From the NCBI GenBank assembly GCA_963693365.1, contig CAVNZM010000010.1, forward strand, positions 1,612,001 through 1,676,000: a stretch of 64,000 nucleotides of DNA, given 5' to 3'. Position numbers and translations under genes: made by a program. Below, one piece after another: positions 36,774 through 50,141 of this stretch. The notes under the pieces were generated by a model. The model saw only the letters and a list, made by a program, of their open reading frames with translations. It searched no databases and was not told where the DNA came from. Position 1 is the stretch's first letter. Every line of letters begins with the position of its first letter. Origin of the DNA: Amoebidium appalachense. Its lineage: Eukaryota; Protista; Ichthyosporea.

Positions 36774-36838
<65 letters not shown>
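35265..36838 (+). mobile_element. 5'-truncated non-LTR retrotransposon: end of RT, thumb and C-terminal Cys-rich region, (CA)n, short GC-rich tail, poly(A)
   Basis: LQRLFDVVSEWCKANLMILNIDKC...YKYLGV...FVFPACEYGLPL...CPNN...FNRSCIAKC...YNILDFILN. Stop at 36665 in the ORF track; poly(A) at 36777-36838. An internal ~153-bp tandem duplication (~35300-35605) shifts the frame. Confidence 0.88.
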
Positions 36839-36839
<1 letters not shown>

Positions 36840-37034
36840 GGGGAACCCCAACTAATTGATTTCTCCTTGTAGTCTTTATGGTGTCTCGTAGAGAAAGTAA
36901 ACCCTGATATATAGTCACCACCCGACATCTATGTACGTGATCATGATATACCGCTGAGGGGATATTCCGAGCAAAAACCCCCCCCCCATACCTGAGACTG
37001 GTTCTCTTTGCCTCGAGTAAACAGCGTAAACCCC

Positions 37035-38112
37035 TGTTATGTTTCCCCATATGGTCGAAAAGAGGGTAGAGTTGGCTCGTAAGCGGTTAGCTTTCTTCTC
37101 GGCTAATATTTTTAAAGACACACCCCTCCATCCTTCTATTAGACTTACATTTATTCGCACTTTTGTCTTCCCGGCATGTGAATATGGTTTACCCCTTCTC
37201 GCCGCTTGGATCAAGAAAGAGAGAACTAGAGCGCTTAAACCCTTGGCAAATTTCCTTGAAGCAGAAGTTGCCTCCTTTCTATCTAACAACTGTTGTAAAC
37301 CTGGGCCTGTAACGCTCTCGATATATGGTCTGGTCCCAATAGCTGCTAGAGTATCCTATCTCGCGCTGAAATTCAATAAGCACATAAGCCGCTTAAAGAA
37401 GTATTTGCCCTCCCACCCTCTCTTCTCTATCCGACCTGTCCCCTCCTCACCTCTCCCCTCTTTCCTCCCCTCTCTCTCCCCTTCTCCCCTGGGCACAAAT
37501 ACAAATAAACCCCGCAATAGTGTGTGTGTGACTTTGGACTGCCACTTACTTATTAAACATGTACACAATCACAAGATAATCACGCAATATAACAAATGGA
37601 AAAAGATACCACACGACACTAGACCCGATGAAAGCATACACCTTGAAAAACTAAGCCTTATGTCTCGTTTTATATATACTGACCGCCTCAACCATATTGC
37701 CAAAAATGGCACTCGCAAGTGTATAACACCTAAATACATATTACCTTCCTGTAGAACTGGTCTTTCTCTAGCTGATGGTATTATTGATCAATTACCACGC
37801 TTTTACTGTACACGTGCTATACAGTGGAGATCTAATAAGTATAAGGTGGCATCATTTGCATGCCCAAACAACACACACACACACCAGTTTAACCGGTCAT
37901 GTATCGCCAAATGTAGTTTGATAGACCACATAATACCGCAACACACACACGTCACATTCACAACAGACACCCAGAAAGATAGCCTACCTGTAAATTACAA
38001 CATCCTTGATTTTATACTAAACACGCGTAACTACGACCTGTTTATTAGATGTATTGATTGGCTTGAGAAACACATCACTACAAAATTATAGCGCACGCGC
38101 ACACACACACAC

Positions 38113-38163
<51 letters not shown>

Positions 38164-38195
38164 CCAGCTGATACCGAGTGTCCCGAGGGGAGCCC

Positions 38196-38241
<46 letters not shown>

Positions 38242-38436
38242 GGGGAACCCCAACTAATTGATTTCTCCTTGTAGTCTTTATGGTGTCTCGTAGAGAAAGT
38301 AAACCCTGATATATAGTCACCACCCGACATCTATGTACGTGATCATGATATACCGCTGAGGGGATATTCCGAGCAAACCCCCCCCCCCCATACCTGAGAC
38401 TGGTTCTCTTTGCCTCGAGTAAACAGCGTAAACCCC
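37035..38436 (+). mobile_element. Tandem duplicate of 35609-37034 (LINE 3' part, poly(A) and ~195 bp of downstream flank)
   Basis: ORF 37039-38091 equals the C-terminal part of ORF 35430-36665 except one Y>N change. Same tail and post-poly(A) sequence. Confidence 0.93.
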
Positions 38437-38810
38437 AGGTGATATCTCTGCACAGGCTACACGCACTCCACACCATTGGCTACCGCCACCTCAGACACCC
38501 CTACAGCACTACAACACGTACACACCTTTACTCACAATACATATAAGCATACACACACGCGAGCAGGCAACATGGGTTTCGCCAAGCACACAGCAAGAAG
38601 CAATACAACATATAACATGAAGAGTACGCAGAGGCATGGAGCATGCACGCGCGCACCAAACAATCAGCTGCCGCTGCATCAGATTCTCCCCATACCACTG
38701 AATGATCTCCCCATACTCCACTTAGACCCCAGAATCACTATGCAAGAAAACCCCCGAAATTCACTCACCAAAACACAAAATATAGAAGCAAACTAATACG
38801 AATCAGCTCA

Positions 38811-39572
38811 GCACATGACACAGACGCCGATGCAGCGCTGGCAAGTGTGGATATGAAGTGCACGGGGCGCATCTATGGGGTCGGGAATAAGGAGGATCGT
38901 TACATTGGTCAACCCGTGTGCATGGTGCGTGCCGTTGCCAAGATGCTCCGTAACAAAGACGGCACCCTTGACCATGTACTGGAGGGAGGCATCGTCCAGG
39001 CGTCCGGTGAGCTTACCTACATCCAGGGCAAGAACATTTTCGTTCTCGACACCACTGTGGGTGGGACATGTGTGCTCGTGCGCGGACCGGCTGCCACTAC
39101 TGCTGCCACACCCACTGGATCCGACATCAAACTGGGCAACGTGCAACTGTCGACGTCTGGGGCGAGCAACTCTGCCCTTCGTGGATTGGCTGCTATTCTA
39201 TCCTATGATGATGTGAACGAGGAAAACGGGGAGAAGGAAGACATGAACGAGGACGAGCCCGTTTCCACCCCTACCAAGAAACGTAAGATGGGGGCAGAGC
39301 TTTTCCTGTCGACCGACGACGACGACGTCCCTCTGAGGGATATTGCAGCCATCAAGAAAACCAAGGACAACGACAACATGATGGGCACGGGTAACTCCGA
39401 TGTTGACGAGCCCGAGGATTCCAATTCGGAGGGAGAAGACGGTGACGATAACATCGAGGAAGATTCGGCTTGCTCGATGGTGCAGCCATTTTCAACGTTG
39501 AGGAGTAACTTCCAGTGCTGCAGTGCCCATAGCCCATTTCCACTATGTATTGTTTGTAATAATATATTTTGA
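38811..39572 (+). CDS. Exon or fragment of an uncharacterised protein with a beta-rich N-part, NLS-like PTKKRK and acidic tail
   Basis: 241-aa high-complexity ORF with C/G-ending codon bias, a possible AG acceptor at ~38810 and a possible donor at ~39480. No family recognised. Confidence 0.55.
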   Translation, partial: AHDTDADAALASVDMKCTGRIYGVGNKEDRYIGQPVCMVRAVAKMLRNKDGTLDHVLEGGIVQASGELTYIQGKNIFVLDTTVGGTCVLVRGPAATTAATPTGSDIKLGNVQLSTSGASNSALRGLAAILSYDDVNEENGEKEDMNEDEPVSTPTKKRKMGAELFLSTDDDDVPLRDIAAIKKTKDNDNMMGTGNSDVDEPEDSNSEGEDGDDNIEEDSACSMVQPFSTLRSNFQCCSAHSPFPLCIVCNNIF

Positions 39573-39923
39573 TTTATTTGACGTTATCTAATACTATTGG
39601 GGATAGAACAAACAAACCAAAACAATGATGTTCTGTTTAGTTGGGGAATTAATTGCATGGAATTTTAATAGCACTGTGTTATCAGTTTAGGGAGAGATTG
39701 CCATTGCCGAAGTACCAAGTTTACTTGTGGTCCTCCAAAAACATGTATGTAGCTGAAAACCACCAAGTGCAATACGTTCTAAATTGCTTGCAAAATTTTT
39801 ATAATATTATTATTATCTTGTTGTTTTACTTATTTTACAGAACTGTATGGTAACCCCCTCTATGATATGCATGGGCAGGCAATAAAACTTTCCACGTGCA
39901 CTGAGTGCCAGGTGGGCAACATA

Positions 39924-42585
39924 TTTGGCAGGATACATTTCTCCTGCTGTACGTATGGATACCACCCTAGTAGATAAGTCTGTATGGTGCTCTGATGTTG
40001 ATATTGCCTGGGAAGTTGTGCAGTGGCGTTGTAATTTTTTTTTTCTTTCTTTTGACTGGATTTATTCGACGGAAAGATATGCAAGTATGCACGGCATACT
40101 GAGAAGACAATAAAAACTTCACGAGTTATCCAGTAACAAGTGCATACTGAGATACCTGAACACTGTGTGAAAATCATATAAATACTCAATGTGACGACCA
40201 ACAGAATTCAACAAAAAGTCTAAAGTGTTCACATTGCCAGCTAGTGTAGCAGATACCTGGAGGGAAAGAGGTAAAACGCGACATAAAAATTCACACCTAT
40301 CAACATGCAATTGCGATTAAAAAGGTCAGCACAAAAGTGGCACCAGCGGCGATGAAAACAAGAATTACAGCGCCACTGCACAACTTCCCAGGCAATATCA
40401 ACATCAGAGCACCATACAGACTTATCTACTAGGGTGGTATCCATACGTACAGCAGGAGAAATGTATCCTGCCAAAGCTCGTAATGATCAGTACGGTGTTG
40501 CCTAAGGAACATAACACATGCCGACCGAGTTTTACCTTTGATTTCTCTATCAGATCGAGAAAGAAACTTATACTGCGTATGGTTATAACGCGAAAAGGCA
40601 GAAAAAACAGGAAGAGAAAAGAAAGAGGGAGTGAGATAGCGAGAGGAAGAATCAGGTGGAAAGAGGGTAGGCTGAGGACATTCAGAAGTAGCGTTGGTGA
40701 ATCGGGGGGGAAGAGGGATGGAGGGAGGGGGGGGGAAGAAAGCATAAAGAGGGTGACCATCAGGTAGCCTAACTAAATGAAAACAAAAAAGAAGAGACAA
40801 TTCCTCCATACGACAAACAGCAGACGACAATCCAAACATACTGATTAAGGGAGGCACTAACCGAGTACGAAACAAAGTGCGTAGCGCAGTACCCTGAAAA
40901 TCGTCGAACTCGTTCAGCGCCATTGCCGCCTCGCGAGGTGGGGCGCAGGCCAATAACGGAAGTCCATATTCGAAAGTCGGCCGTAAAAAAGTTTTATAGT
41001 AGAGAAGAAGGTTCGCAGGATGGATCACAGACTCCTGTTGAAACATATTTGACACGATGTGAAGCTTACCCTTCGCACGAGCGATCCGTGTCGTGAGGAG
41101 CTTGCGGAAATCAATACCCCGTGCAGTAAAAGGAATACCCAAATAGTCATAGGTGCTCTGAACAGGAATAGGAAGGCCGGCCAATCGAAAGGAAGTGTTC
41201 TTCGAAAAAGTAGCACACTTTGCAATTCCGACTGTCATGAGATTCTCGGTGCACCATTGATCCACCTGACGAAGCATCTGGTGCATGACATCTTCGGTTA
41301 AGGAACAAAGAACAATATCGTCCGCAAAATGGAGACCCGGTACACGGCGGGTGCAGTTGGCCAAAGGGCTCGAGGGCGCAGGCTAACTCGTCAATGAAAA
41401 CGTCAAACAACAACGGACTCAGGAGGGACCCCTGCAGAAGACCCCGGGGAACGGGAATAACCGGGTGTTAATGTTCCATTGACCGCCGCTCGTCCGCGAG
41501 TGGTATCGAACAACGCTTGCAGAAGACGGCCAAAGGGGGCTGGTAAGCCCCGCATAGCCAGCTTATGCCATAACAAACCAGTGGGTACGGTGTCGTAGGC
41601 GTTCTTAAGGTCGATGAAGACAACGTGTGGAGAGCCAGAAGTAATGGATTCATGGAGTAACAGACTGTGAGTATAACACGAATAGGCATGACAAAAGCCC
41701 CCTTGAAGGGAAGAAAGACGGAACATGGCGTTTAAAGAATCGTCGGTGTTAAACGCGCGAAGCATGCAACCCTCGAAGAGCCGACGAAAAACGTTGGTAA
41801 GTGTGACGGGACGAAAGTCGTTAATGACCCCCTGCGATACCTTCTTACGAACGGGCGTAACGATTGTGTCAAGCCACGAATTTGGAATAAACCCGAGTTC
41901 GAAAAAAGCCGAAAAAAACTCACTAAGAAGGACAACAAAAGGCGGGGGCGGGGGGGACTCTGCACGATTACGGGGCGGAAGCACGGGAGAAAGAACCTTG
42001 AAAAGCACGGGAGGAAGAGCATCCGGCCCGCACGCCTTGCGGGGTTTTAACGCCCGTATAGCACCAAAAACAGCCGAAGAGTTGAAATAACTATGAAAAG
42101 TGCCCGGGAACGATCGGTCCGGCTCCCAACTTGGCGGCTGGGAGAGGCCAGCGGGCGGTGATTGAACCGTGGACACGTTAGGAAGCAAAAATAGGGAAGC
42201 ATAATAGTCATCGACGGATTCAGCAAAGGAGATGGAAGGAGACGGGGCATAGACTTGCACGTTGTAATTCTTGTTTTCATCGCCGCTGGTGCCACTTTTG
42301 TGCTGAACTTTTTAATCGCAAGCATGTTGATAGGTGTGAGTTTTTATGTCGCGTTTTACCTCTTTCCCTACGGGTGTCTGCTACACTAGCTGGCAATATG
42401 AACACTTTAGACTTTTTGTTGAATTCTGTTGGTCGTCACATTGAGTATTTATATGATTTTCACACAGTGTTCAGGTATCTCAGTATGCACTTGTTACTGG
42501 ATAACTCGTGAAGTTTTTATTGTCTTCTCAGTATGCCGTGCATACTTGCATATCTTTCCGTCGAATAAATCCAGTCAAAAGAAAA
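39924..42585. repeat. Nested inverted repeats A(39924-40036) B(40045-40369) A'(40364-40475) [RT] B'(42262-42585)
   Basis: A and A' are near-perfect reverse complements of ~112 bp. B and B' are reverse complements of ~325 bp with several mismatches. Confidence 0.92.
40476..42260 (-). pseudogene. Non-LTR (LINE-type) reverse transcriptase, frameshifted, no endonuclease visible
   Basis: KACGPDALP, FRPVTLTNVFRRLFE, QGGF, FIDLKNAYDTV, VLQGSLLSPLLFDVFID, LHFADDIVL, YDYLGI, FLRPTFEYGLPL spread over ORFs 41403-42260, 41147-41413 and 40429-41364. Frameshifts near 41440 and 41365. Confidence 0.93.
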
Positions 42586-43207
42586 CCACACACACATACA
42601 TTCCCTGCCACAAACAAGCACACGAACACTGCACGGTGAGCATGCACGGCCACCTTGTCCCCAATATTGATTCCGAGTTCAGTAAAGTTTGACTGCTCCG
42701 GCAACGAATTGAATCACACGTGACAGCCTTTGGTGGGTATCGGTGGAAAAGAAATGTTTGGCCATCACGCGCACGTTGAGGTGGGGTGGACGTGGATGGT
42801 GCTGGAAGGGGAGGGGGGGACCCACCACCCCACTTGCCCAGGTGAGTCCTCGGGGGGAGGGGGAGGGGGGAGAGAGAGGGGGGACCCATTTAAACCCCCC
42901 GGAGGGGATTGGGGAATGAGGGGATGGGTCTACCAGGGGAAGTACCCCCTTCTCCTCTTCCCCCGGCCTCCTCTGAAAAAAAAAAAAAAAAGCAAGATCC
43001 GATCGAGCTGGCACATCATAGCGTGCTGGGTTTTATTACATGGAAACGACATGCATGTGAGCTGTGACGATGATGTCGGCATCTTAACCCACAGCGCCTA
43101 CAGGCTTCTGCCCAACATGTACAAGATATACCGACGTTACACTATGATATTATTGTTAATATCACTATATGTGGAAATATGTGTTTTCTTTTGTTGTTGG
43201 GTTGGAA

Positions 43208-43245
<38 letters not shown>

Positions 43246-43365
43246 CACGGTCTTCCCCGTGCACATGTATCCGTCTTGCAACCTATGCGTTGGCAATCTG
43301 CACTTCAGAGCCTGTGATGCGTGCCTCAGCCGCAGTGTTCATAGCTATGCACCATTTTGCGCACA

Positions 43366-43430
<65 letters not shown>

Positions 43431-43466
43431 CACATACACTGTGACATACACACACACACACACCGT

Positions 43467-43530
<64 letters not shown>

Positions 43531-46052
43531 ACATCGCCGTTTAGTAGGGGAAGGGGAAGGGGGAGGGGAAGGGGAAAGAGGTAGGGTAGAGGGGGATGGG
43601 GAGGATGCTTCCTGCTCATGATCGGGAGGACGATCTTACAATTGAAGGGGAGTGAGGAGGAGAGCTGGTAGGGAATATGGAGGGTAAGGTCCGTGGGGGG
43701 GGGGGGGGGGGGGGGGGGGTCCCCGGGAAGGAAGGGACAGGGCTAATATATATAGCCTCTGGGCAAGTGGGCATCAAGGGAGGGAGGGAGTGAGAAAAAA
43801 CCGGAGTCCCAACAGGAGGGGGGCATTCGCTTGCACTTAGTCAAACTTTGTCAAAACGGCCCATCAAGGGTGTCAAGGTTTAAATCCCCGAATTTTGCAA
43901 GACTGCCCAACCCCTGACCGCGACTTCATAGCATTTATTCATATCACACTATCATCATGCGATCTTCAGGCAGTATAGGTAGGCTTAATTAAAAATTATA
44001 AGACATGTGGCACTTACACGCATTATGTACAGAACAATTACAGTCAAATGAATCATATTCGTTGGTGTATCTACTGGCAGCCATCCACAATTGACATATT
44101 CAATCAGTAGCAAGTAAGCACTTTGTATTCATACCCATATACCTACGTGTTCTAGAAAAAAAAAGGAAACAAAGAGTACAATAAACAAAAAGAGCCCCAT
44201 TCATACGCCACGTATATCTCAAATCAAAGGCTGAGCAACTCGCATTTTAGTGATGGGCACTTTGAACAGCAAAACCTTTAAATCAGCTAGCAGAGAAGCA
44301 GAGATACGAAGACTCTCGAGTCGAACAACAAAGTATGGCATCCCCACACTTCCGGGGCCTATAGCACTCAACTTTTTTTGTTTTACCCCACTCGATCCAG
44401 TTACTAAATAACACCAAGTTCGTCTATACACCAATCCTTGAGCACCCTCTGATAATTTAACCTTTTCCCTTACTTCCGGGGCCTAGCGACTTCTTTCATT
44501 CACTCATTACTTTAGCAGAAAGGCCTTCATATATTAACCTTATCTCGAAACCCCCCCCCCCCCCCCCCCCTCCCCCCCCCCCCCCCAAAAGACAACACCA
44601 CCAACCACACCAACAAACTCACAAACGACAGTCACCCCACCAGTTGTCCCCATTTGCAATTACGCACCCGGTAATCTCGATGCATCAGCCTGCGGAGTGA
44701 TGTCATTTTCTTGGTCCGGAACGGGTTTGATGTCCAACAACCGTTTCAGGTCGTCGCTGCTGAGAGGTTGACGCATGTTGTGTTGGGTTGCAAATTCCTT
44801 CATCACTGCACAAAAACACACAGAAAAATATGGGGGGGGGGGAAAGTGGAGAGAAAGGAGGGACAGAGTAGGGTAGGTGGCGGAGAGGGAGGGAGGAAGG
44901 GACGGAGGAAGGTAAAGATGAAGAGAGGGGCGAAGGAGATGCATGAAGTAGGGGAGAGGGGGGATGGGGGGATGGGGGGTGGGGCAGCTGGGGAAGGGAA
45001 GAGGGGGGATGGGGGGGGGGGGGGGGGGGGGGGGGGATAAGTTTAATGTTAGAGGCATTTGGTGTGTGCTCTTGAGCCTGTGGTTTGAATACCAGCTCCT
45101 GTGGCATATACGGCGTGTGTGCGTGAGTGCGGTGGGAAAGAGGTAGTAGGGAAGCATGTAACTCAGAAACACATCGAAGTGGAACGGGTTGGGGCCAAAG
45201 AATGAAAAAAAGAAGGGAAAGGCCGACACAAGACAGATGCAGGATAACCAAAGGGGCAAATGGTGTTTTTTGTTTAGGGGAAATACCAGGAGTTTGATAG
45301 ATAATGCAGATTGGGCCCGCGCCGCCTGTCAGGCGTCAGTATTTGAAAGGCAACACAGCAACATAAGATCCAACAAAGAGGAGTGCTCAATGCAACGAGC
45401 AGCACAACGCAAGTTGCAAACATACACTGTGTGAAGAATATTCAAAATGTTGTGTGTGTGCGTGTGTGCGTGCGTGTGTGCGTGCGTGAGTGAGTGAGTG
45501 AGTGAGTGAGTGAGTGAGTGAGTGAGTGAGTGAGTGAGTGAGTGAGTGAGTGAGTAAGTGAGTGAGTGAGTGAGTGAGTGAGTGAGTGAGTGAGTGAGTG
45601 AGTAAGTGAGTGTGTGTGTGTGTGTGCGCACGCGCGTGCGTGTGTGTAAAGATGGGGGGGGAGGGGTGATCATTCCATGTACTGCTTTGACACGTACACT
45701 ACCGAGCACGATTAGCTGGTTTAGTAAACGAACTGCCTGCATACTGCACATACCAACAAAACTCATGAAAGTTCACCAAAAGGCACATGCAAAAGAAAGA
45801 AAGAAAGAAGGAAAGAAACTCAACACACATGGGGAATGTGGACGCACCCTGCAACATTCGTAAGAGACGGCGAACAGGTTTATTTCCCCGCTTGAGCTGA
45901 AACGCAGACTCGGCATCCGACAGAGCCTCATCCAGTCTGCCCAGGTTCAGCTGGATTGTTGATCGGCTAAGAAAAGCTGTGAATAAAAGTAATGGGTCAA
46001 AGTTTTAAATATCTTTTTACTGATATCATTGCTATTCTTATTTATTATCATT

Positions 46053-46096
<44 letters not shown>

Positions 46097-46107
46097 GGGG
46101 GGGGAAG

Positions 46108-46178
<71 letters not shown>

Positions 46179-46186
46179 AGAGGGAG

Positions 46187-46217
<31 letters not shown>

Positions 46218-47782
46218 AGGGAGGGAGGGAAGGAAGGAGGGAGGGAGGGAGGGAGGGAGGGGAGGGAGGGAGGGAGGGAGGCAGGGAGGGAGGGAGGGAG
46301 GCAGGGAGGGAGGGAGGCAGGGATGGATGGATGGATGGATGGAGGGATGGATGGATGGAGGGAGGGAGGGAGGGAGGGAGGGAGGGAGGGGGAGAGAGTG
46401 TTTATGTGTGTGTATTGGGGGGAGGGGGGATCCATAACTTCTGTTCTATCCTTCAATCACCAAACTTCAAAAGGAGTGTCCAATCATTTGTGCATATTAA
46501 GACACCATGTAAATTGTTTAGGAATGCCGTCCGGAATATTAAATACTAAAAGGAAATCATGAGATAAACAGAGAAAACAGCATCGAAGCTTTTACATTGA
46601 AGGGAGATGGGATGGCAGAGGGGAAAGAAGTGAGTGAAAGATGAAGTAGGTCACGGCAGGGCAAAAATAACAATCCGAAGAAAAGGAAACGCGCGCCCAA
46701 CACGCGCCCATGCATGCACTCACTCTCGAACGCACGCACACACGTACCCACGCACGCACGCACACATGCATGCATCGACGCACACACACACACAAAGTCT
46801 GTTGTGCTGTTTAGAAAGGGAATCTCACACACCTTCATACCGATCACTGTTGGACGCGATTGCCAACCCATAGTCTCTAAGCGATCGCTCAAGGTGTTTC
46901 CCTGCCTCCAGTGGGTCCTGCTCGTTCTTGCCGGCCAACTTCTCGTACACCAACCCTCTATTGTAATAGTAGTAATATTTGCTGTGGCTGCCGACGTTGG
47001 GTGACTCCAGCCTGAACAAACAATGATCAGTGATGATGGCACTGTTAAGGAGGCTGATTTAAGAGATCTGGGACGGATCATACCCGAGAGCGACTGTTGC
47101 TTTATGATTGGCAAGATGCGCACCAAACAGCATGTTGGCCTGACCCGGAAAGGGCCCATAAGTCGGCTTAAGAAAACCCGCTCTACCGTCTATGTCGGCC
47201 TTTCTCTGCAACGACCAATTAGACTTACAAGAAATAACTTCACAAAGTGGCTTACAGCCGGTGGGGGCCAATCAAGCCGAGTGGACTGATTGGTGTTTAA
47301 CGCGTACGGGATGTCTATTCTTAGGGAATCGCCATGCAAAGAGAATTCCATGCATGCAATTGAGAAATGCTTGCATAGTCCTTCACGTTCATGTAGAGTT
47401 TCTTGGCTTGGCAGATCCGGAAAAAAAAAATAAGTATTGTGCCATATCAATCAAATATCTGATGTCTACATGCAAAGATGTACTGCAACATAACAGAGTG
47501 CCGGAAATTTAACTAGCAGGCACTGAAAGATAGACAGAGCATACACAATGTGTGTTGAGCCCATCCGGGTGGTAGGTGTGTGTCTATCTGTGTGTGTGTG
47601 TGTGTGTGTGTTGGGGGGGGGGGGGGGGGGGGGGGGGGGGTGAGGGGTCTCTCTCCCTCCCTCTCTCTTCTCTTCCTTTCTCTCTGTCGCTCTCCCCGCC
47701 CCCCCTCTCACTCTTAATCCTCTCTCTCTCTCCTCCCCTCCCCTCCCCCTCTCCGGGTGGTGATTTTGTACGAGTGTGTGAT

Positions 47783-47820
<38 letters not shown>

Positions 47821-48139
47821 CCCCCCCCCCCCCCCCCCCCTCTCCCCCCCCCCCCCCCCCCCCCCCTTCCTCCCTCTTTCTCTGTCCGTGTGTGTGATTG
47901 GGGAAAGAAGGGGGGGGAAGGGGGGAGGGGGAGGGGGAGGAGGGCGGGGGGAGGCATACCTCTGAGTCAACAGGTCCGCTGTCACGAGCCAGCCAGCGGT
48001 TTGCTGCTCAAATTTTGATTCGGACTGCTGCAAAAATTATGGAAACGAAAAATGATGGCATGAGTACTAACCACCTGAAAAAATAAACTATTGGACAGAA
48101 CCCTTTCCCCCCCCGCCCCCCCCCCCCCCCCCCCTCCCC

Positions 48140-48237
<98 letters not shown>

Positions 48238-50062
48238 CATTAGCATATCAATTACATGCTCCCCTCCCCCCCTCCCCCCCCCCCCAGGCGCCCCTACTGC
48301 TCCAATTATAAACGGCCGTGCCCTCTCACCTGCAAAGTCTCCCCCCCCCCCCCCCCCTTCTCCACTCTCCTCCCTCCCAAAAATTCCTCACCCATTTTTA
48401 CAAGTCAACCCCACCCACCCATTTGATCGGTGGCCCACCCATCCACCCATGCCCAAGCACACATGCAAACATCTACGGTGCATGCACCCATGCACACACT
48501 TTTACACAACCATACAAAGCGGAATACACTCGATTATTGGTTCAAGTTCAATTTCTACCACTGAACGGATACACACCTGTCTAGTGCCCCAGTTTGCTTG
48601 AAGGGCAGTTTTATGCTGACACAAAAGAGGTATGTGTAGGTATGTCTAATCTCGCAAGGCAACAGCTTTATGATGTCAGTTCTACCGAACTTTCACGTGA
48701 TATTGACGACGAAATAGCATGTGTTCTGGCTGCTCCTACATATGGTGCGGAATTTTTTTTTTCAAACAACTGCCATATAAGGATATCTGAAAACATCCAC
48801 ATAGAGTAAGACATACCTTCATTAAAGCTGCTGCCTTTGCCTTTCGCGTTTCACGAGGTGGTTGTGATTGGTTCGTGTGTTGTTCTTCGGCCACTGGTGT
48901 TATTGCAGTTTCAACACGATAACATCCATCGGATGCATGCGTGGAATCCAGTTTATCTTCTTCATACAACGGCTCTTCAACGTAGTTTTGTTCGAACGGA
49001 TCCGGTTCTCCCGTTCCATACACATCGTATTCTGATAGCGTGTGGTCGTCAAAACCGGTTGCATCGATTTCATCCCTTAAAAGTGGCTCGTCGAGGTAAT
49101 TTTGCTCAAACGAATCGTTTGTGTGATACGGTTCAATTTCGGCATTCAGATAATCGTGAAAATCTCGTTCATGCATATCGTCATTCACAGAATATATCTC
49201 TTCTTCGTCAAACGCAGGTGTGTGTGGTGGTGGTGGTGATGCTTCGGTTTGCTGATCTAGAACAGGGGTGGTTGGCTCGATAGATTGATGGTCATACTGT
49301 CCTTCAGAAGCGGCCTGAGTCGGCAAAAGAGGATTTATGGAATTTGCAAATTGCGGTAAACTCGTGGCTAGCGCTACTTGTGATTGGGGATTCATTTCCG
49401 AGCTGCTAAGAGGGGCAGAAGTGGCATCGTCGAACGGTTCCCCTCTGTTGGATTGGCAGTCAGAACCCCATTCCCTCAATGTTTTGGTGCTTTCGTTTCC
49501 TTTGTGAGAAACTGCAGGGGGGGCGGGGGGAGGGGGGGGTAAAGGAAGGAGGGACGGAGGGAGAGGAGAGGGAGGCGAATATGTGAAAGCCTAGCCTGAG
49601 AGAGAGCTCAAAGGAGAGGGCAAGAAGGCGGGGGGGAGGGCGGAGGACTTGCTGGCATGTTTGATTCACACAAGCAGCCACAACGACGGCCTGATGCGAT
49701 TGGTGAGAAGTGGGTCAATGTGTGTGTGTGTGTGTGTGTGCACGCACGTGTGAGGGAGAAAAGGAAATGGGAGGAGGGGGAAGCAGCCGTTGACTGGCAG
49801 GGGAAAGGAAGAAGGGAGGGGGAAGCGGGGGAGGGGGAGGGACGGTGGGAGGGAGGGACGGCGGTACGTTAAGAGGGAGCAGAGGGAGAAAGGGAGGAAG
49901 AGAGAGGGGGGTTAGGAAGAGAGAAGGAGAGAGGGAGGCAGGGAGGGAGGGAGGGAGGGGGTATAGAGACAGAGACGGAGAGAGAGGGAAGGAAGGGAGG
50001 GAGGGGGAGGGGGCAGAGAGAGCGAGAGTGAGAGAGAGATAGAAATGGAGATAGATAGAGAT

Positions 50063-50141
<79 letters not shown>

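Noticed and set aside
36740-36860. Hammerhead ribozyme or Penelope-type terminus at the LINE tail
   Set aside because: CTGATACC does not fit the CUGANGA core, no GAAA/stem arrangement was found, and the protein is LINE-like.
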